Origin: Anaerolineales bacterium
Lineage (GTDB): Bacteria; Chloroflexota; Anaerolineae; 4572-78; J111
Length of the DNA: 64,000 nucleotides
Direction: 5' to 3'
Assembly: GCA_020634935.1 (NCBI GenBank)
Contig: JACKAT010000027.1
Location: 1-64,000 of the forward strand
The notes under the pieces are model-generated. The model saw only the letters and a list, made by a program, of their open reading frames with translations. It was not told the DNA's origin and did not search any database. The position numbers were made by a program, and so were the translations under genes. This document shows positions 57,220 through 64,000 of the stretch, piece after piece; the first letter of the stretch is position 1; each line of letters opens with the position of its first letter.

Positions 57220-57486
57220 CTAATTCCCATAATAAACAAGAACGGTAACAATTACCACTTCGGTTGGTTCATCGGCAAATATGACATGAACCGTCCTGAA
57301 AGCATAGACTGTATTATTTACCGGCGAGGGTTGGCCAAATGGGAAGTTTTTTCGCACTTCATTCTTGCCCCGCTTGGCGGTCTGCCATGCCGTCGTCTCA
57401 ACTGCTTGAATGACTTCTGACTGGGTTGCACCCCGCAACTTCATTTGATCCAATGCATGTCGAGAAAAACGAATAGGTTTTTGCAT
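57220..57486 (-). CDS. DUF4258-like putative toxin
   Basis: 'IRFSRHALDQMKLRG...' matches the DUF4258 pattern. It lies immediately upstream of the DUF2283 gene. Confidence 0.6.
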   Translation of the reverse strand: MQKPIRFSRHALDQMKLRGATQSEVIQAVETTAWQTAKRGKNEVRKNFPFGQPSPVNNTVYAFRTVHVIFADEPTEVVIVTVLVYYGN

Positions 57487-57489
57487 TGA

Positions 57490-58257
57490 CTATCGACTGC
57501 GCAACTTGGCCAACAGCCGCAGCATCTCAATATACAGCCAGATAAGCGTAACGATTAACCCAAAAGCGCCGTACCATTCCATGTACTTTGGCGCACCCCG
57601 TTGAGCAGCGTTCGTGATGAAATCGAAATCGAGCACCAGATTGAGCGCGGCGACGGTCACCACCAACAAACTAAAGCCGATGCCGAACCAGCCATTACCG
57701 TGAATCAAGGGGATACTGATACCAAAGAAGCCCAGGATAAATGTCGCCAGATAGATCAAGAAAATGGCACCTGTCGCCGCGACGATACCGAGCTTGAATT
57801 TTTCCGACGGTCGGATTAGACCGGAACTGTAGGCCATCAGCATACAGAACATCGTCCCAAAGGTCAAGCTGACCGCTTGAAGGACAATCCCCGGAAATTG
57901 GGCTTCAAATATAGCTGACAGGCCACCTAGGACTAACCCTTCCAGCAAAGCGTAGATCGGGGCAGTGATGCCGGCCCACGTCTTTTTGAAAATAGTGATG
58001 AAGGCAAACACCAACCCACCCAGACTGCCGCCGATAATCCAGGGATAGATCGCTGCCGTATTCTCCGCCAGTTGAGTGGGTTCCAACGTGCCGCCGATGC
58101 CGTCGAAAAATCGCATCCAAATCCACAGCGCTGAGACTAAAGCCAGCAGCAGCAACAGCAGCGTTTTATTGACCGTACCCTGAATGGTCATGGTCTCGGC
58201 GGTCGGCGCGAGGCCGGTAAAAACTTTTGAATTAAGGGTTGGGTTTCCTGTACGCAT
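57490..58257 (-). CDS. Bax-inhibitor-1/YccA family membrane protein (FtsH modulator family)
   Basis: 7 TM helices. C-terminal 'KYMEWYGAFGLIVTLIWLYIEMLRLLAKL' is typical of BI-1/YccA. Start 'MRTGNP' at 58257. Confidence 0.75.
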   Translation of the reverse strand: MRTGNPTLNSKVFTGLAPTAETMTIQGTVNKTLLLLLLALVSALWIWMRFFDGIGGTLEPTQLAENTAAIYPWIIGGSLGGLVFAFITIFKKTWAGITAPIYALLEGLVLGGLSAIFEAQFPGIVLQAVSLTFGTMFCMLMAYSSGLIRPSEKFKLGIVAATGAIFLIYLATFILGFFGISIPLIHGNGWFGIGFSLLVVTVAALNLVLDFDFITNAAQRGAPKYMEWYGAFGLIVTLIWLYIEMLRLLAKLRSR

Positions 58258-59036
58258 TAATTTACCTTTCTGGCTACAATTACGACTTCCCACAAATTAA
58301 AATACATCGTCCCGTCGGCCCATCGAGGCGCAAAAAGCGGTTGCAGCAATTCCGGGATGTGGCGCATCATCTCTAGCAACTTATCTTTGTTAGCGTTGGA
58401 CACATTTTGGCGATCGGCCCATTTATGGAACTCGAGCTCTTTGGTCAAAATGTGGCTAGTCGCTTCAACATTTAGGCCGGCTTTCTCCAACATGGCTTCC
58501 AGCCGAACCTGAGGATAAACCCAGTGATGGGATGGATCGCGTAGTTTTTCGTAAGCGTTGTAGTAACCGGCCGCCTGCTTGTCGGGAACGGTCACATTGT
58601 CAGTCAGGCCAAAAATTCCGCCGGGCTTTAAGACGCGGGCAATCTCGCTAAGAGCCTGGTGTGGATTGGGGAAGTGGTGGAAGGCGATGCGGCAGGTGAC
58701 CAGATCAAAGCTGTTATCGTCAAAAGGCAGCGCCTCGGCGTCGGCCAATCGAGTTTCCAGGTTAGTCAGGCCGCGCTCGGCGGCGAGTTGGGCGGTTTTG
58801 GTCAGCATCGGCTCGGTCAGGTCGGAAGCAATGACCTGGGCCACGTAAGGGGCAAACAACATCGCCGTATGGCCTGCTCCTGTAGCCACATCGAGCGCTT
58901 GCCATTCCGGCTGTGGTTTAACCAGGTTTAGTAAAATCCCCAAGCTTTCGCCTTGGGCATGAACATCGCTGGTGGCGTAGCCATCGGCCGAAACCCCAAA
59001 CTGCGATTTTACTTTGGCTTTTAGTTCATCAGACAT
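58257..59036 (-). CDS. Class I SAM-dependent methyltransferase
   Basis: Motif I 'ALDVATGAGHTAMLFAP'. Motif 'LKPGGIFGL'. Confidence 0.75.
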   Translation of the reverse strand: MSDELKAKVKSQFGVSADGYATSDVHAQGESLGILLNLVKPQPEWQALDVATGAGHTAMLFAPYVAQVIASDLTEPMLTKTAQLAAERGLTNLETRLADAEALPFDDNSFDLVTCRIAFHHFPNPHQALSEIARVLKPGGIFGLTDNVTVPDKQAAGYYNAYEKLRDPSHHWVYPQVRLEAMLEKAGLNVEATSHILTKELEFHKWADRQNVSNANKDKLLEMMRHIPELLQPLFAPRWADGTMYFNLWEVVIVARKVN

Positions 59037-59231
59037 AAAAACACCTCGGTTAGAATAGCAGTATTGTACCGAGGTTTGATCAGAATTTCAACATGAGGAG
59101 ATGGGTTAAATGGGGATGTAATATTAAGTGATGCTTTTGGGCCTTGAGTTTAGTTGGCGATAGAGGAGGTGAGGAGATTGAAGATGATACTTTAATTGCC
59201 TTATCTCCAATCTCCCCATCTCTCATCCATT

Positions 59232-61169
59232 TTACGCCATCAGGGTCTCAAATTGAGGCCGATCGATCGTTTCAAATTCCAGCAACGCATGAGCCAGTTC
59301 CTCCAGCTTGCGCTGTTTATTGATCAGAATCTCTTTAGCGCGTTGATAAGCGTGGTCCAATATTTGGCGTATCTCTTGATCGATAGCCTGGGCCACGGCT
59401 TCGCTGTAGTCACGCATCTCGCTCAACGTGCCGAGATAGGGATTGCCTTGTTCTTCACCAAAGCAGCGTAAGCCTAAGCCTTGACTGCTGAACCCGTAGC
59501 GAGTCACCATTGCTCGAGCCAGTTTGGTTGCTCGCTCCAAATCATTGGCCGCCCCGGTAGTGATCCGCTTGAAAATAATTTCTTCGGCGGCGCGCCCCCC
59601 GAACAGGCCGGCAATTTGATCTTCGAACGCCTCGCGGCTAAGCAAGTAGCGATCATTCTCCGGTAAAGGCATGGTGTACCCCAACGCCATCCCCCGCGAA
59701 ACAATACTCACTTTATGAACCGGATCGCTGTGTTCCATATTGTGCATTACCAAGGCGTGTCCGGCTTCATGGAAAGCGATGACCTTACGCTCGTAGGCGC
59801 TCAATATCTTGCCCAGGCGTTCCGGACCGGCCACAATGCGTTCCATCGAGTCCTGGAACTCCTGCTGCCCAATCGCGTTCAAGTTACGGCGGGCGGCCAA
59901 GATAGCTGCTTCGTTGACCAGATTTTCTAAATCGGCCCCGACAAACCCCGGCGTCAGCCGAGCCAAGTCAGACAGCACAATATCTCGCGCCAAAGGTTTA
60001 CCTCGCGTATGAACCCGCAGAATAGCTTCGCGGCCTTGCACATCAGGGCGATCCAAAATCACTTTACGATCGAAACGGCCGGGACGCAGCAAAGCGGCAT
60101 CCAGAATATCGGGGCGGTTGGTCGAAGCCAACACAATAACTGTAGTAAATGAAGAAAAGCCGTCCATTTCCACCAAAATCTGGTTGAGCGTTTGCTCGCG
60201 CTCATCATTGCCAGACCCCATACTGGCCCCGCGTTGGCGGCCGACAGCGTCGATCTCATCGACAAAAACCACGCAGGGTGCGTGCTCTCTGGCCCGCTTG
60301 AATAAATCACGCACCCGCGCCGCACCGACCCCCACATACATTTCAACAAATTCCGAACCGGAGATGCTAAAGAACGGCACCCCGGCTTCACCGGCCACGG
60401 CTCTGGCCAACAAGGTTTTTCCGGTTCCCGGCGGGCCGGACATCAGCACCCCTTTGGGGATACGCGCTCCCAACCGAGCAAATTTAGCCGGTTCCTTTAA
60501 GAACTCGACCACTTCCTGTAACTCTTGCTTGGCTTGGTCGGCCCCGGCTACATCGATAAATCTAACCTGAGGTTTGACCAAATAGTTTTCATCATCTTTT
60601 TTGCCGTTCGCGGAAATTAAACGCGCGTTGCTCTGCCCCATATTACCGGGCATCCGACCGATCCCCCCATTGTTAGACCGGCGGTTACGCGCCGTGAAAA
60701 AGGCAATCATCCCCACTAGTGATACCAGCAAAATCAAGCCCCATAAGCTGGGAGAATAACTATTCGCCTCGGTCCCCTCCACAATAATCGGTAGATCGGC
60801 CAATAATTGGTCGGGGGTGCCCAGTAATTTCAGGGTCTCAATCGTACTAATGTTCGACTCCTTGTGGGCGCTAACACTGCTGCCATCTGCTTTGATGGCA
60901 GTGATAAGGTTATCTTGAACAATGAGATTTTTCACTTGGTCCGCTTTTACCAAGTTGACAATCTCCGGCAGCGAGACTAGTTTAGGTTTAGTGGTCGAAC
61001 TACGACTGCTTTGCACCGTTTCACTGATAGGTGTTCCCGAACCGGAACTGTAACCGGAAAAAAGGTAGCTTCCAACAGCGACGCCGGCGACAATTAAGCT
61101 AATAATCAACCATTTGGGATGAAACGGTAGTCGATCTTTCCATTGTTTAGGCCAGTCACCTGGGGGCAT
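59232..61169 (-). CDS. ftsH: ATP-dependent zinc metalloprotease FtsH
   Basis: Walker A '[23 protein letters not shown]'. SRH region. 'HEAGHAL' zinc site. The ATG at 61169 ('MPPGDW') has RBS 'ggagg'; the track start at 61193 is a TTG. Confidence 0.92.
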   Translation of the reverse strand: MPPGDWPKQWKDRLPFHPKWLIISLIVAGVAVGSYLFSGYSSGSGTPISETVQSSRSSTTKPKLVSLPEIVNLVKADQVKNLIVQDNLITAIKADGSSVSAHKESNISTIETLKLLGTPDQLLADLPIIVEGTEANSYSPSLWGLILLVSLVGMIAFFTARNRRSNNGGIGRMPGNMGQSNARLISANGKKDDENYLVKPQVRFIDVAGADQAKQELQEVVEFLKEPAKFARLGARIPKGVLMSGPPGTGKTLLARAVAGEAGVPFFSISGSEFVEMYVGVGAARVRDLFKRAREHAPCVVFVDEIDAVGRQRGASMGSGNDEREQTLNQILVEMDGFSSFTTVIVLASTNRPDILDAALLRPGRFDRKVILDRPDVQGREAILRVHTRGKPLARDIVLSDLARLTPGFVGADLENLVNEAAILAARRNLNAIGQQEFQDSMERIVAGPERLGKILSAYERKVIAFHEAGHALVMHNMEHSDPVHKVSIVSRGMALGYTMPLPENDRYLLSREAFEDQIAGLFGGRAAEEIIFKRITTGAANDLERATKLARAMVTRYGFSSQGLGLRCFGEEQGNPYLGTLSEMRDYSEAVAQAIDQEIRQILDHAYQRAKEILINKQRKLEELAHALLEFETIDRPQFETLMA

Positions 61170-61682
61170 AAGCAAAAACCTCCATCTAAGCAAATTATAT
61201 CCTATACAAATACGGCTTATCCGTAAAAAGAAAGTGACCGGCTCTCAAATTTCAATAATCAAAGCGTTTTCATAAATATCTGCCTTGATATTGAACGAAA
61301 GTGCCAGCCACCGGGGCGATCGATATTGAGTTTGAACTTTTATTTAAAGGTCGGAAACGTTAAGCCACTATTAAAAAATCGGTCTAATCCAGAATACAAC
61401 AAAACTCCTATTTATCAATAGAGACAAAAGTCACCAGTTGGTACAACCAAAAGTACCTTATTATTTTTCCCGAAAGTCACTTTTCTCATGGTCCATAAGT
61501 CACCAGTTGATGTGACTTTCAGGCAAACCAAAAAGGTTACTAATATTATAGCCAGTAACCTGAGTTTTGTGAATTGATGCACACGCTTTTAAATAACATG
61601 GCTTTGATTGAGCCTTGCTTCGGTTGCCCTGCCCGTGGTACAATCCCGTTGTATTGAAGAGCAATTGAAGTGGAGCATCATC

Positions 61683-63950
61683 ATGGATTTTCTTGAGGGA
61701 CTAAATCCGGCCCAAAAAGAAGCCGTCACCACCATTGAAGGGCCGGTCTTAGCCCTGGCCGGTCCCGGTTCCGGCAAAACGAGAGCCTTAACCCATCGCA
61801 TTGGCTACCTGGTGCGCGATTGGGGCATCGCCCCATGGAACATTCTGGCCGTGACGTTCACCAACAAAGCCGCCCGCGAGATGAAAAACCGGCTGGAAGG
61901 GCTGCTGACCAAGCCCCAGGTCGATGCCTTGAGCGTCGGCACCTTTCATTCTTTATGCGCCCGCTGGCTCCGGCAGGATATCGAAGCCCTGGGTAATTAT
62001 GATCGCAATTACGTCATTTACGACACCAGCGATCAACAATCGGTGGTTAAACGGGCGCTGCGCGATTTAGACATCGATGAAAAGGCCTGGAAACCTAACC
62101 CCATCCACTACGCTATCTCCAAAGCCAAAAACGAGATGCTCGGCCCCGACCGATTTCCCACCCGTACTTACCAAGATGAGATCATCCAGCGCGTTTACAG
62201 CCGTTATCAAGCTATTCTGGTCCAAAATAACGCGCTCGACTTTGATGATCTATTATTGTTGACCCACCGCCTTTTTAACAATCACCCAGCGGTCCTACAA
62301 AAATACCAGCAGCGATTCCTGCACGTAATGGTCGATGAATTTCAAGACACCAATATGGTTCAGTACGAACTCTCCAAAATGCTGGCCGGCGGCTCGCACA
62401 ACATCTTTGTGGTGGGTGATCTCGACCAGGGCGTTTACTCCTGGCGCGGCGCCGACTATCGCAACGTGCTGCGCTTCCGAGACGATTATCCCGACCTCAA
62501 ACTCATTCAACTCTCCCAAAATTACCGCTCGACCGAAACCATCCTCGACGCCGCCAAACAGGTCATTCGCAAAAACAAAGAACGCATCGATAACGATCTG
62601 TTCACTAAACGGGGAACAGGCCCCAAAATCCGAGTCATCGAGGCTTACAACGACCGTGAAGAAGCCATCTACGTGGTCAACGAAATCCAGCGCCTGGAAC
62701 GCGACGGCATTTCTCCCGGTGAGATCGCCGTCATGTATCGCACCAACGCCCAGAGCCGCGCCTTGGAGGAAGCCTTTATCGCCCACAATATGCCTTATGT
62801 CCTGGTCCGCGGCACCCGCTTCTATGATCGCAAGGAAATCAAAGATGCGCTGGCCTACCTTAGATTACTCCACAATCCTGAGGACAGCGTGAGTTTAGAA
62901 CGCATCATCAACGTCCCACCGCGCGGCATCGGCAACAAAACCATCGCCGATTTAGATCGCTGGGCGTTTGAGTTAGGCGCCACGCCCTGGCAAGCCATCC
63001 GGCGGCTGGTGGTCGAGGCCGACGCCGAGCAAGAGGACAATGAGGCGACCGATATCGCTTATCCCCCGGCCGCCGTCCCGTCGCCCTTCAAAGGCCGGGC
63101 GCAGAATGCCCTGGTCCAATTCGGGCAAATGATGACGATGCTGTTGGCCGCCAAACGCAAACTCCCCCTACCCGACCTGTACGACCTGATGATTGCTCGA
63201 ACCGGTTACAAAGCCTTCATTAAAGATAATACAATGGAAGGCGAAGAGCGCTGGGAAAACTTACAGGAATTAAAGCAAGTAACTCACGACTTTGCCACCA
63301 TCGAGGGCGATGAAGCCCTGGCCCTCTTTCTCGAAAATGTGGCCCTGGTTTCCGATGTCGATGCCTTGGGCGAAGAAGGCTCGGCCCCGGCCCTGCTCAC
63401 CCTCCATACCGCCAAAGGGTTGGAATTTCCGGTGGTCTTTATGGTCGGCATGGAAGAAAACATCTTCCCCCACAGCCGCAGCCTGCAAGACCCCGAGCAA
63501 ATGGAAGAGGAGCGCCGGCTGGCTTACGTCGGCATCACCCGCGCTAAAGATCGCCTCTACCTAACCCGCGCGTTTCGCCGCACCACCTACGGCTTCGAGG
63601 AACCGACCGCCCCCTCACGCTTTTTGAATGACATCCCGCCTGAGCTGGTCGATCAAAACGGCCAGCGCTCGAGTCGCGGCTACCCCACCGGCGGCGGTCG
63701 CTTCACCGGCCGGCGTGAAGCGCAACGGGTCAGTAGCCGTTGGGATCGACCGGCGGCCCCGTCCGTCCCATCAGCCGGCAAAGCTCCTGGCTTCAAACCC
63801 GGCGACCGCGTCTACCACGGCAAATTCGGCGAAGGCACTGTTATCGCCGTCGAACTCACCGGCAGCGACGAATACGTCCAGGTGGCCTTCCCCAACCAGG
63901 GCATCAAAAAACTGGCCACCAGCATCGCCAAATTAGAGAAGCTGTCATAA
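61683..63950 (+). CDS. uvrD: UvrD/PcrA-family ATP-dependent DNA helicase
   Basis: 'LNPAQKEAV...GPGSGKT' motif I. 'VMVDEFQDTN' motif II. 'VTFTNKAAREM' motif Ia. C-terminal 'LHTAKGLEFPVVF'. ATG at 61683 with RBS 'gtggag'. Confidence 0.9.
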   Translation: MDFLEGLNPAQKEAVTTIEGPVLALAGPGSGKTRALTHRIGYLVRDWGIAPWNILAVTFTNKAAREMKNRLEGLLTKPQVDALSVGTFHSLCARWLRQDIEALGNYDRNYVIYDTSDQQSVVKRALRDLDIDEKAWKPNPIHYAISKAKNEMLGPDRFPTRTYQDEIIQRVYSRYQAILVQNNALDFDDLLLLTHRLFNNHPAVLQKYQQRFLHVMVDEFQDTNMVQYELSKMLAGGSHNIFVVGDLDQGVYSWRGADYRNVLRFRDDYPDLKLIQLSQNYRSTETILDAAKQVIRKNKERIDNDLFTKRGTGPKIRVIEAYNDREEAIYVVNEIQRLERDGISPGEIAVMYRTNAQSRALEEAFIAHNMPYVLVRGTRFYDRKEIKDALAYLRLLHNPEDSVSLERIINVPPRGIGNKTIADLDRWAFELGATPWQAIRRLVVEADAEQEDNEATDIAYPPAAVPSPFKGRAQNALVQFGQMMTMLLAAKRKLPLPDLYDLMIARTGYKAFIKDNTMEGEERWENLQELKQVTHDFATIEGDEALALFLENVALVSDVDALGEEGSAPALLTLHTAKGLEFPVVFMVGMEENIFPHSRSLQDPEQMEEERRLAYVGITRAKDRLYLTRAFRRTTYGFEEPTAPSRFLNDIPPELVDQNGQRSSRGYPTGGGRFTGRREAQRVSSRWDRPAAPSVPSAGKAPGFKPGDRVYHGKFGEGTVIAVELTGSDEYVQVAFPNQGIKKLATSIAKLEKLS

Positions 63951-64000
63951 TCCGCCGGCCGTAATGCGTCTTTCGATACGGCTTCGCCTATTCAGGCCGC

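Overview
This is a high-GC bacterial chromosomal window with AT-rich intergenic spacers. By eye I call about 45 protein-coding genes and no rRNA, tRNA or CRISPR array. The gene content (hypCDE, eukaryote-like Ser/Thr kinases with PT linkers, an FG-GAP S8 peptidase, a DHH-CBS-CCA fusion, a pentapeptide-repeat protein) suggests a Chloroflexota-like organism; this is inference only. Recognisable housekeeping genes are hypC/hypD/hypE, hpt, glpX, dtd, an alpha-glucan phosphorylase, recN, miaB, ftsH and uvrD/pcrA. Accessory content: two MITE-like repeat families with three copies each; a roughly 10-unit 41-42 bp minisatellite; two DUF-type toxin-antitoxin pairs; an ECF sigma/anti-sigma module; a low-GC islet. 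The most notable feature, at 27.3-36.2 kb, is a three-gene cassette present twice in tandem. Each copy has a 4-TM SPFH/band-7 (flotillin-like) membrane protein, a giant (630-715 aa) LexA-like protein with an inactive plus an active S24 autopeptidase barrel, and a small convergent Cys/Trp protein. LexA-box-like palindromes sit in the cassette promoters. I do not recognise this SPFH + S24 pairing as a described system. All calls come from reading the translated ORFs and the DNA; no database search was possible.
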